DNA of 64,000 bases from an uncultured Chthonomonadaceae bacterium (GTDB taxonomy: Bacteria > Armatimonadota > Chthonomonadetes > Chthonomonadales > Chthonomonadaceae): positions 512,001 through 576,000 of the forward strand of contig CAWFQB010000004.1 of NCBI GenBank assembly GCA_963817895.1. The letters are read 5' to 3'. This document shows, piece by piece, positions 52,920-62,753 of this stretch. Position 1 is the first letter of the stretch, and each line of letters opens with the position of its first letter. The translations under genes were made by a program, and so were the position numbers. The notes beneath the pieces were generated by a model. That model made no database searches. It was not told where the DNA came from and was given only the letters and a program-made list of their open reading frames with translations.

Positions 52920-54116
52920 TCACATTGCCGCCGCGCGTTCCACAATGGTTCGGGCGACGCTGAGGGACGCGGTTGCCGCCGGGGAGGGCGCATTGACCAC
53001 ATCCAGAATGTGCGGGCGCTCCACAATGGCGAAATCGTCCACCAGTTTGCCGTCCGGCGCAATCGCCTGCGCGCGCACTCCGGCGGGCGCGGGAACAAGA
53101 TGCCGCGCTTCAATTTCGGGAATCAGTTTTTGCAGGGCGCGGACAAACGCGGCTTTGCTGACCGAGCGGTGAAATTCGCCCATGCCCACTTTGCCGTACT
53201 TTCGCGCCAGTCGCAAAAATCCGCTATACGTCAGAGTTTGCCAGGCGTCTCGCAGATTCACATCGGTTTTGCGGTAGCCTTCCCGCGCAAGGGCGAGAAC
53301 CGCATTAGGTCCACACTCCACCCCACCGGCAATCATGCGCGTAAAGTGGACACCGAGAAAGGGGAAGCGGGGATCAGGCACGGGATAAATCAGGGCGCGG
53401 CACAGGTGTTGCGCAGTCGGTGTCAGCTCGAAATACTCGCCCCGAAACGGCACGATCTGCGCGTTCGGCTTGCCGCCGCCGAATTTCGCGACCCGGTCCG
53501 AGTGCAGACCGGCGCAGTTGATAACCAGACTGGCCTCGAAGTCCCCGGCTGTGCTTTGTACGACAACGCCCCGTTCACGGCGTTCGCATACTCCAGTACG
53601 CGCGTTCCGAGCAGGATACGATTGCCCGCCTCCTGTATACGCCGCGCAAGGCTCTGGCACACCGCCATGTAGTCCACAATTCCGGCTTCCGGCACATGCA
53701 CGGCCTGTATGCCCGCGCAATGCGGTTCCAATTCACGCAGACGTTCCGGGCCGATCATTTCACAGGCGATGCCGTTGGCCTGCCCCCGCGCATAAATATC
53801 GTTGAGACGGGGCAGTTCGTCCTCGCTGCGTGGCGACAATCACCTTGCCGCAGCGGTCGAAGGGAACATTTTCCTGTTCGCAAAACGCCTCCATTCGCGC
53901 TTTGCCCTCGCGGCATGTCGTCGCCTTCAGGGAACCGGGCTTGTAATAAATGCCCGAATGGAGAACGCCGGAATTGCGCCCCGTCTGGTGTTGCGCCAGT
54001 CCCGTCTCTTTTTCCAGAACCGTAATGCACCGGTCGGGATACTGTTGCGACAATTCATACGCCGTCGCCAACCCGACAATGCCGCCGCCGATGATAAGGG
54101 TGTGTGTGGTCGTCAT
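52920..54116 (-). CDS. lhgO: L-2-hydroxyglutarate oxidase (FAD), frameshifts near 53830 and 53575
   Basis: [77 protein letters not shown]. Confidence 0.9.
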
Positions 54117-55723
54117 TTACGCTGCTTTCGCAAGCTGTCGCACAGTTGCCAATTCCGGCTCCACGTTGAGGAATCTATCCTGTTGCAGGGCGTGGAACGA
54201 CGTGTTTTCTTCATTGAGCAGGGACAGGCACTCTTCGCGCAGGAATTTCACGTTGCTGTAACGGGCGTCGCGATAGTCCTGCACAAGCCCGCTGTTCAGG
54301 GCGGAAATTACTTGCCCAAGCCCGCGTTCCAGCGTCCATTCCGGCTGAAAGTTCAGTTGGCGGCGGATACGGGCGAAACTGACGCGGTAGTTGCGATGGT
54401 CGTTGCCACAGTCGGAATCGCTGATCTGCGCGGTGGGAACCATGCTGCGTATCAACTCGCCCACTTGCAGCAGGGTATAATTCTGATGATCCGCGCCCAC
54501 ATTGAGCGTCTGGTTTTCCACGCTGTGCGCCGGGCGCTTCTACGGCCAGGCACACGGCGCGGGCGGCATCCTGCACATGCACGAAGGGACGCCACTGGTC
54601 GCCGCCGAACAGCGTGATCTGGTTTTCCACAACGGCTTTCGCCGCCAGCAGGTTGACGACAAGATCAAAGCGCGTCCGCCCCGAAAACCCGAAAATGGTT
54701 CCGAAGCGCAAAATAACCGGCTTGAAATGGGCGTCCGCCATCTCTTTAAGAACCCTCTCGGAGGCGATTTTACTGTGCGCGTACAGGGAGAGGGGGTTCA
54801 GACTGGAATTTTCGTCCAGAACTTCTTCGCTTGCGCCGTATACGGAACATGTGCTGGCGAACACGAACCGCTTCACCTGACAGCCTTTGGCGATCTCCGC
54901 AATCATGCGCGTCGCCATCAGGTTGATTTCAATCGTCAGGTTCTCATCCAGCGCGCAGGCGGGATCGCCCACAATCGCGCCCAGATGGACAACGGTATCC
55001 ACGTCCTGCATGGCTTCCACCACTTTATGCACCTGACGAAAATCGCCGCGTATCAGTTCCAGCGCGGGATGGTTCCGCACATCGCTCAATGGCTCTTCAC
55101 CGAACATAAACAAGTCCAGAATGCGAACCTGATACCCGGCTTTCAGCAATTGGGGAACCAGCGCGGAACCGATGTAGCCCGCGCCGCCGATAACTAAGAC
55201 GCGCGGCTTGGCCGGAACCTGCATGGCAAGGGCAGGGGCGGGTTCTCCTGTCTGGCGCGTTTTCCTGCTTTTGCCAGGAACGCCATACATGCGACCAGAC
55301 GCGCCCGCCGACGACAAAACACAGCGTCCACGCCCACGCCTGCGCTTCCACGCTGCGCGGCAGGGAAATCAAGTTGGGGCAGCATAAAATTCAGCGCGGC
55401 TGTCAGTAAATATACCAGAGAAACCGCCTGTGCGACAACAATGGCTTTGTAGCGCCCCCGATAACTGCGGCCATGCGTGTAAAATCCGCTGGCATAAAAC
55501 ACGCCGAGACTGAGAATCGTGATCAATCCGGCATTGGAAACGTAGGCGTCCGCAAACCGCTGGCCGAGAATGGGAAGGACGGCCGCATGAGGCGCGGCAG
55601 ACACCTGCCACAGATAGCGCGTCAGCAGCGCCAAGGCAAGCGCGGCATTGACCAGAGCCCGTCCGCGCCCATGCGAACCAGCCGTTCCAGCAAAGCGCTG
55701 TGGGAAACACGTTGTTTTTGCAC
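54117..55723 (-). CDS. Membrane-anchored extended SDR (N-terminal TM domain fused to Cj1427-related nucleotide-sugar oxidoreductase), several frameshifts
   Basis: AAGGAG+GTG 55723; TM helices; GGAGYIGS, LGAIVGDPAC, ASTCSVYG, YAHSK, RTRFDLVVN, DHRNYRVSF. Confidence 0.78.
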
Positions 55724-55739
55724 GATGGGAAAACTCCTT

Positions 55740-55832
55740 GTAGGGAGTAGGAAGTAGGTTGTAGGGAGTAGGCTAATGCGCGAGTTGAACAAGGCTTTTC
55801 CTAACTCCCTACTCCCTACAACCTACTCCCTA
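55740..55832. repeat. Heptamer-built inverted repeat element (same family as 34167)
   Basis: gtagggagtaggaagtaggttgtagggagtagg ... cctactccctacaacctactcccta. Confidence 0.9.
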
Positions 55833-57035
55833 TTTCCGGTACTTGCCAACCAATGACATGACGGCTGCAATCACGTCCTGAACGTCCGCGTCGGATAAGC
55901 GGGGCGCGAGGGGCAGGCTCAACATGCGCTCATAGTTGCCATGGGTGACGGGGAAATCGTTGGGCTGATAGCCGTATTTGTCGCGGTAGAACGGGTGCAG
56001 GTGAATGGGAATGTAGTGTACGGACGTGCCGATGTTGCGGGCTTTGAGTTCTTCGATCACCTGATTGCGGTCTATGCGCCAGGCTTCGGAGTTCAGGCGC
56101 AGCACGTACAGATGCCAGGTATGCTCCACATCATCGCGCTCGACGGGACATTCCAGCATCTCTTCATTTCCGAAAGCGTTCTGGTACATGGCTACGATTT
56201 CGCGCCGCCGCTGCTGAAACCCGGCCAGTTTGCGCAGTTGCCACATCCCGATACTGGCCTCGATGTCCGTCATGTTGCACTTGAAACCGGGCGCGGTCAC
56301 TTCGTAATACCAGCTTCCGGTTTTGTCGAAGCGTTTCCAGGCGTCTTTGTTCATGCCGTGCAGCGACAGGACTTTGGCGCGGGCGATCAATTCCGGGTCG
56401 CCGGTCAGCATCCCGCCCTCGCCAGTCGTTAAATTTTTGGTAGCGTAAAAACTGAACGCGGCGAAGTTGGAACCGGAGCCGATAGGACGGCCTTTGTATT
56501 TGCCCGAAACTCCATGCGCCGCGTCTTCAATGACATGCAGGTTATGCGCCTGTGCAATGGCATGGATGGCATCCAGGTCAACCGGATGGCCCGCGTAATG
56601 CACGGGGATAATGGCTTTTGTGCGCGGCGTAATGGCGGCGGCAACGCGGGAGGGATCAATGTTGAGCGTGTCGGGTTCCACATCTACGAGAACCGGACGC
56701 GCGCCGACGTGTTCAATCACGTTGACAGTGGCGCAAAATGTGAGGGCTGTGGTAATCACCTCATCCCCCGGCCCGATACCCAGTGCGGCAAGCGCGATAT
56801 GCAGGCCCGCCGTGCAGGAACTGAGCGCGAGCGCGCCCGGAGCCTGCGCGTAATCGGCGAACTGCGTTTCAAAAGCCCGCGTCTTTGGCCCGGTCGTAAT
56901 CCAGTCCGAGCGCAGGGTGTCAATCACTTCGCAAACCTCTTCATCGCCAATCAGCGGCGGCGAAAATGGCAGAAAGGTGGCGCGGGGCGCGGGTTCAAGG
57001 ACGGATGGCATGGCGGATTGCATGATGGGTGGCAT
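55830..57035 (-). CDS. DegT-family PLP sugar aminotransferase (ArnB/PglE-like)
   Basis: FLPFSPP, SSCTAGLH, IEDAAH, FSFYATKNLTTGEGG, GFKCNM. Confidence 0.92.
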   Translation of the reverse strand: MPPIMQSAMPSVLEPAPRATFLPFSPPLIGDEEVCEVIDTLRSDWITTGPKTRAFETQFADYAQAPGALALSSCTAGLHIALAALGIGPGDEVITTALTFCATVNVIEHVGARPVLVDVEPDTLNIDPSRVAAAITPRTKAIIPVHYAGHPVDLDAIHAIAQAHNLHVIEDAAHGVSGKYKGRPIGSGSNFAAFSFYATKNLTTGEGGMLTGDPELIARAKVLSLHGMNKDAWKRFDKTGSWYYEVTAPGFKCNMTDIEASIGMWQLRKLAGFQQRRREIVAMYQNAFGNEEMLECPVERDDVEHTWHLYVLRLNSEAWRIDRNQVIEELKARNIGTSVHYIPIHLHPFYRDKYGYQPNDFPVTHGNYERMLSLPLAPRLSDADVQDVIAAVMSLVGKYRK

Positions 57036-57250
57036 GGCGGAAACTTTCGTTGGCAGCGGGGTTCGGTTCCGGCTTGTGCTGCAAGGGATTGGGATTCAAC
57101 ACGCCGAATGTTGGCAGTGTCGAACGATTTCAGTAGCAAACGTTGGCAGTGTCGAAGGCGTCACACGGAGGCATCAAGTGTCTCACCCATAATATTGACA
57201 GGTTGCGAGACAATCTTCAGGCAAATTTGAGTGACTGGCGGTTGTTGAAT

Positions 57251-58234
57251 TCAGGGAAGCAGTTTGCGGAACGTGAGGCTGCTGCCGGACAGACGGAACC
57301 CGCAGTTTTCGTACAGGCGTCCGGCGGCGATGTTGCGGATTTGCGTCCCCACTTCTACAAATTGAACGCCCTGCCCGCGCATCCAGCGCAAAGCCGCCAG
57401 TGTCGCCTGTTTCCCGACGCCGCGCCCCCGCGCCGCTTCCGCCGTCGCGACAAGAACGATGGTTCCTGTGGGAGCGCCGAAATGCGCGGTGGTATCCCGG
57501 TTCAATTTGCAGGTGACGAAACCGAGCAGTTCTTGTCCCTCTTCGGCAATGATTACAGCATCCGCCGCCTGTCCCGCGCATGAGTTGCGCAGCCAGCAGG
57601 CGTGAAGGCTGTCAGCGCGTTCTCTGGAAATGGCAGGGTCGGCATGAAAACGGTCTTGCCTGTAAGCGTGTCTTGCTAATTCCGCTGTTCGTTCCGCATC
57701 GTCCGAGATTGCCAGCCGCAGATGGAACGTGTTGGGAAGTTTGCGCAGGGAAAGGTCGGTTATGTCCAGCGCAAAGGTGAGCAGGCCGTCAATGAGTTCC
57801 ATGCCCGCGTGTTCCAAAGCGTGAATCGCGGCAAGGTCGCCCGCATCCACCCGCGCGCTGAGATGCTGAATGTTTTGTTCCCCCGCCTGCGTCAGCAACC
57901 GTTCGAGAAGCGCGTCAATAAACTTGCCGCTGCTGCGCGTAACCGCCCTGCGCGATGAGGTAGTCCAGACGAGCGGCAGACAGGCCGATTTGTTCGCTGT
58001 CCCAGGGCAGGGGCGTCAATACGCCCATACCAATAGGCGTGTCCTCAACAAGCGCGGTCACAGCTTGAGCGTGAGGATTGGCAAGCGTATGCGCCATTCG
58101 TTCCAGACACAGCGCGGTGGCGGCGGGCTTGCCGTATCCGCTTTGCGCGTAAGGCAAAAATTCCCATTGCGCCAACAACCGCGCCGCGCAAGACCACATT
58201 TCCGGTTTATAAGGGGTAACAAATGTATTTGCAT
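57251..58234 (-). CDS. Two-domain GNAT, WecD/RffC-like amino-sugar N-acetyltransferase, frameshifts
   Basis: LPWDSEQIG, DRFHADP, ARGRGVG, VEVGTQIRNIAAGRLYENCGF. Confidence 0.8.
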
Positions 58235-58249
58235 CTTGATACTTCCTGA

Positions 58250-58966
58250 TTATTTTTTTGCGGCAGGCGCAGGCGCAGAAGCGTTTACGCCATGTTGAAG
58301 CAGGACATAGGGCAGGGTTCGAGCCAGAATGACAAGATCGGAGCGCAGCGACCATTGTTGCACATAGGTTATGTCCAACTGCTTGCGGGCTTCCCACGAC
58401 AGCGTATTGCGCCCGCTGATCTGCGCAAGTCCCGTAATACCGGGCTTTACCGCCAATCGCAGCTTTTCCGCTTCCGTATAATACGCGAGTTGATCCGCCT
58501 GATCGGGGCGCGGGCCGACCAGACTCATGCTGCCGCCCAGCACATTCAGGAATTGCGGCAGTTCGTCCAGACTGGTTTTGCGCAGCCATTTTCCAACCGG
58601 AGTGACGCGCGGATCGTTTTCGCTGCTGAACGCCGAGCCGTCCGCGTTGCGAATATCCGGCGCATCCACGCGCATCGTGCGGAATTTGCAAATGGCGAAC
58701 ACTTTCCCGTTGCGCCCTAACCGCTTTTGCCGAAACAGTACGGGGCCGGGTGAAGTCAGGCGAACCATCAGCCCGGTTAAAATCAGAAGCGGACTGAGCA
58801 GGACAAGCAACAGCAGGGATACGCCTATATCCATAGCGCGCTTGATGCCCCGCTTCCATAAAGGAAGGCGCAAGTTGCCATTCGTCAGTATTCCTGTTAC
58901 ATCAGAGGCCGCGTATGTCAGTGCAGTAACATCAGGTTGTTTGCGTGGTGTGAACGGGTACGCCAT
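58250..58966 (-). CDS. Initiating phosphoglycosyl transferase (Bac_transf, PglC/WcaJ C-domain type)
   Basis: KRAMDI, FRQKRLG, KFRTM, DPRVT, SLDELPQ, MSLVGPRP, KPGITGLAQ. Confidence 0.93.
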   Translation of the reverse strand: MAYPFTPRKQPDVTALTYAASDVTGILTNGNLRLPLWKRGIKRAMDIGVSLLLLVLLSPLLILTGLMVRLTSPGPVLFRQKRLGRNGKVFAICKFRTMRVDAPDIRNADGSAFSSENDPRVTPVGKWLRKTSLDELPQFLNVLGGSMSLVGPRPDQADQLAYYTEAEKLRLAVKPGITGLAQISGRNTLSWEARKQLDITYVQQWSLRSDLVILARTLPYVLLQHGVNASAPAPAAKK

Positions 58967-60147
58967 GAGGCTGCCTTTCTGCCGACAGTGTGAGGTATAA
59001 CTCCCATGTTTCCCGGCACATGCGGTCTATGGTATAGCGTTTCAGCGCGCGCTGTCGCGCATTATCGCCGCAGCGTTCCGCCAGTTCCGGGTCTGTTGGC
59101 AAACCGCGCAATCGCGTGGGCTAGGGCTTCGGGCGAATGGATGGGAACCAGCAGGCCCGTCACCTCGTGTTCGATCAGTTCCGCGTTGGGGGCAATAGAT
59201 GTGGTGACGATCGGCAGTCCCGCCGCCATCGCTTCCAGCAGGGAGATGGACAACCCTTCCCGCAGCGACGGGCTGACAAACACATCCAGCGATTGCAAAA
59301 AGCCGGGTATATCCCGCGTAAACCCGAGAAATTCCACGATTGGCGGTTAATCCCAATTCGTCGGCAAGCGCCTGCAACCGCGCCCGCTCCGGCCCATCCC
59401 CCGCCAACCGCAATGTCAACTTCGTATCCGGCAACAGAATCTGCAATATCGGCAGGGCATGCAGAAGGGTGGCATTGTCCTTTTGCGCCGCCAGCCGCCC
59501 GCTGTTACCGATGAACAAAGGATGAAGGATGAAGGATGAAGGATGAATCATCTTCTCCTCGTATCTCGTATCTCGTATCTCGTATCTTTTCTCCTTTTCT
59601 TCTCTGAAACGGCCCTGCGTCAATGCCATTGCAGATGGTGACGAGTTTGTTGAGGGGGGCGAGGCGTTCCTGCTGCGCCTGCTGCATGGTGGCGTGGCTG
59701 ACGCAGATGGCGCGGGTGGACAGCGCGGTTGCCAGATATTCGAGGCGCGAAAAGACAATGCGCTTCAGCCCGGAGGAGAACTCGTTGATCGTCCAGCCCG
59801 CTTGATGGTGCAGGATTACGGGAACACCCGCGAGACGAGCGGCGAGTCGGCCTACGAAGCCGGGTACTGCCGTATACGTATGCGCCACATCATAGCGATT
59901 GCGGCGCATGAGCGAAATCAGGCGCGTCAGGGCGCGTATATCCTGCCCCGGCGACACATCGCGCGGTATCAGAATGTCGTTGATCACGCGCACACCCGGA
60001 ATATCCTGCAAGCGTTCGCGGGTAGCCGCGTCTGTCGTCAGCACATCCACCTCGCAGCCCTGTTCGCGCAGAAACCGACACCATGCCAGCAGCAAAATCG
60101 TCGCCCCGCCAAAACTTAGAATCGCCCACAATTTGTAGTGTTTTCAT
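58932..60147 (-). CDS. GT4 glycosyltransferase, several frameshifts, repeat-derived linker
   Basis: SKFGGA, HTYT...GRLAA, ICNGID, GRLAAQKD, EGLSISLLEAMAAGLPIV. Confidence 0.85.
59516..59605. repeat. Intragenic composite tandem repeat (aaggatg)x4 + (ctcgtat)x4 + pyrimidine tract
   Basis: Read directly at 59518-59547 and 59558-59587. Confidence 0.95.
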
Positions 60148-60161
60148 CACATTTGTACCTT

Positions 60162-61458
60162 TTAAACGCTAAATGCGAATTCCTGTTGTGGTTGCGCGGC
60201 AATGCGGCGCTGTAAGGCGAGTACCTGTATGGGAACCATGACACACGCCAGTAAACAGTAGAGAAACGCCCGATGCCGCGTGTCGCCCGTACCCTGATAA
60301 ATAAAGGAGTAAGCGACGATGACGGCAAGCGAGGGCGCGGCCATGTCATAGGCGCGGCGGAGCGTGTCGCGCAGGGCGCGGGGACGCTGAAACCAGACAA
60401 CGCCGCAGATGGCAAGCGTCAGCCACCACTGAATACTGCCTTCCAGTACGGCTACATCCCCGGTTCGCGCCGAATTGACAAATACATCCCCGGTCACTAC
60501 CTGCTCTGCCGCCCGTATCGGCCCCGGCCCGGTCACAAACCGAACCACGTAAAACGGAAACGCCCCGGTTCTGCCGAACGCCTGCGTCGCGCCCTCGACT
60601 GCGGTTCCCGAAGTCGTCTGCTGCAAAGCCCCGAACGCTTCCAGCGTGCGTACCCGTTCCGCGCCGACAAGGGCCTCAAACAAATCCGGTTTCACGGTCA
60701 GCAGGAGTATGCCCATACCGGCGGCGGCGATGATGGCTTTACCCACAGAATCTTCGCTTGCGACTTCCCGATTGCAGCAGGCACAGACGCAATAAGTGCG
60801 CGGCCAGAAAAATGGACGCGAACGCGCCGCCGAACGGACGGATGTTTTCCAGCGGCCACACGGCGCAAACGGTCAGTACGGCAATGCAGCAGGTTTTGGC
60901 GGTCCGGTTCAAGCGTTCGGAATCCGTGATGGCGACAATTGCGGCAATGTAGGCCATCAGCAGCGCCAGCAGCAAATTTTCCTTGATGTTGCGTATCACC
61001 ATCCAGACCACAACGCCATTGGCGAATGAGGCCCACGTTGTCCACAGCAGCAGGCGCAGGGTTCGCGGCGTGGCGTCGGGGAATCGCCGATAAATCAGGC
61101 CGAACACGAACAAAAAGGCGTTGCACGTCAGCAGCAGGTTGCCGATTTTCACCCATATCACGGCTTCGGGCGCGGATTGGATTATCTGCGCCCCCCACCA
61201 CACGTACACCCTGCCGTCGTGGTTTGCGGCGCGGGTAAAGCCGTGCGACACGCTTTGCATACACTGCCAGTAGTAGCGCGCGTCGCTGCCATACGTGCCG
61301 TCGGGACTGTACGCGCTCAGATTAATTTGCAGCGCGCAAAGCCAGCCCGCGTAGTAGGCCAGCAGCAGCAGGGCCGCGCCCAAAACCGGACCCGCATACG
61401 GCCCGAAGCGCAGGCCATTAACGAGCAGCAACAGCAGCAGAGCGAACAGGAGTATCAT
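60162..61458 (-). CDS. Polytopic membrane protein, candidate Wzy polymerase, frameshift near 60745
   Basis: About 10 hydrophobic segments, periplasmic loop GSDARYY, KE motif, C-terminal RHR; located among glycosyltransferases. Confidence 0.62.
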
Positions 61459-62629
61459 AGGCGTTGAAGACCGAATCGTAAAGGGCAAGCAGCCGGGACT
61501 CCATCAGTTCCCAACTGAAATGCTGCGTATAAGTGTCGCGGACGCGGCAGGCAAAAGCGGTTTTCTGCGCCGTATCCCAGTTTGCTATCTCCGCCAGCGC
61601 GCTCTGTAACGCGCTCGTATCGCCATAAGGCACGACAAAGCCAAGATCGTATTGCCGGACTAGCGCGTCCATGCCCGTGCCTTCCGCCACAATCACCGGC
61701 TTGCCCAGCATCATGGCTTCGAACAGTTTGTTGGGACTGGAACAGCGGTGGTTGGGAATCGCCGGGTCGTAGGTAATCACAATCGCGTCCACTTCGGCGT
61801 AGATTTCCAGACACCGCGCATACTCCACGCGCCCCAAAAATTCCACATTGGCAACGCCTTCCGCCTGTGTCCGCAACTCCTGCTCATCTTCGCCAAACCC
61901 GCCAAGCGTCAAATGCCAGTTCGCGTTCCGCCCGATGACCTCAATCAACTGTTCCAGCCCCCGGACAACCGACAGGATACCGATAAAGCCGACAGCAAAG
62001 GATGAAGGATGAAGGATGAAGGATGAATCCTCTTCTTCTTGTATCTCCTCTTCTCCTTTTCTCCTTTTCTCCTTTTCTTTCCTCACCGGCGGCGTATTAT
62101 AAATGAACTCAAGGCGGCGGGGCTGCACGTTGCCTAACTGTTTGCGGCGGCTCTCGTCGGCGAGAATTACGGCGTCGGCGCGGCGCATCGCCCACCATTC
62201 CAGCCCGCGCGCAAAGGCTTGCAATTGCCGGGGAACATAGCGCGACTCGACGTAGAAATCGGCAATATCGTAGACCACGCGCTTGCCCATTAGCATTTTC
62301 GCCAGCAGCGCGGGAACAACCGTATCCAGATCACACGCCTGAATACCGTCATAGTCGCGGCGATTGGCGAATAGCCACTGCGTCAGCGCGAGTTGCCAGC
62401 GCAGCAGGGGAACCAGATTGCGTATGCCGCTGCCGAACACGGACGGGATCGCAAGGCGCGTCACGAGAACCGCGTTGCAGGCGGCATCCTTTCCGATCCC
62501 CGAACGATCCCATCCCACAATATGCGTCTCGTACCCTGCCTGCCGCAACGCCAGCGCGGGCTTTTCCACGCGGGGGCAGGGCGCAATCGCATTGGTGCGT
62601 AAGAAAACGATGCGCTTGTTCATGGTCAC
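61418..62629 (-). CDS. GT4 glycosyltransferase with repeat-derived linker
   Basis: PRVEK, VVYDIAD, SSPNKLFEAMMLGKPVI, FSWE. Confidence 0.9.
   Translation of the reverse strand: MTMNKRIVFLRTNAIAPCPRVEKPALALRQAGYETHIVGWDRSGIGKDAACNAVLVTRLAIPSVFGSGIRNLVPLLRWQLALTQWLFANRRDYDGIQACDLDTVVPALLAKMLMGKRVVYDIADFYVESRYVPRQLQAFARGLEWWAMRRADAVILADESRRKQLGNVQPRRLEFIYNTPPVRKEKEKRRKGEEEIQEEEDSSFILHPSSFAVGFIGILSVVRGLEQLIEVIGRNANWHLTLGGFGEDEQELRTQAEGVANVEFLGRVEYARCLEIYAEVDAIVITYDPAIPNHRCSSPNKLFEAMMLGKPVIVAEGTGMDALVRQYDLGFVVPYGDTSALQSALAEIANWDTAQKTAFACRVRDTYTQHFSWELMESRLLALYDSVFNAYDTPVRSAAVAAR
61996..62084. repeat. Intragenic composite tandem repeat (aaggatg)x4 + (ttctcctt)x3
   Basis: 34 bp identical to 59516-59549. 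Confidence 0.95.
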
Positions 62630-62634
62630 TCCAG

Positions 62635-62753
62635 AGGTTTCAGGTTTCAGGTGTCAGGAAATGCTTCTCTTAATCATACTTGATGCTGATCGAGCAAAGG
62701 GAATATAGTAGAGTTCCTAGCCCCTGACACCTGACACCTGACACCTGAAACCT
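62635..62753. repeat. Heptamer (caggtgt/caggttt) inverted repeat element overlapping GT2 3' end
   Basis: gaggtttcaggtttcaggtgtcagg ... cctgacacctgacacctgacacctgaaacctc. Confidence 0.88.
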
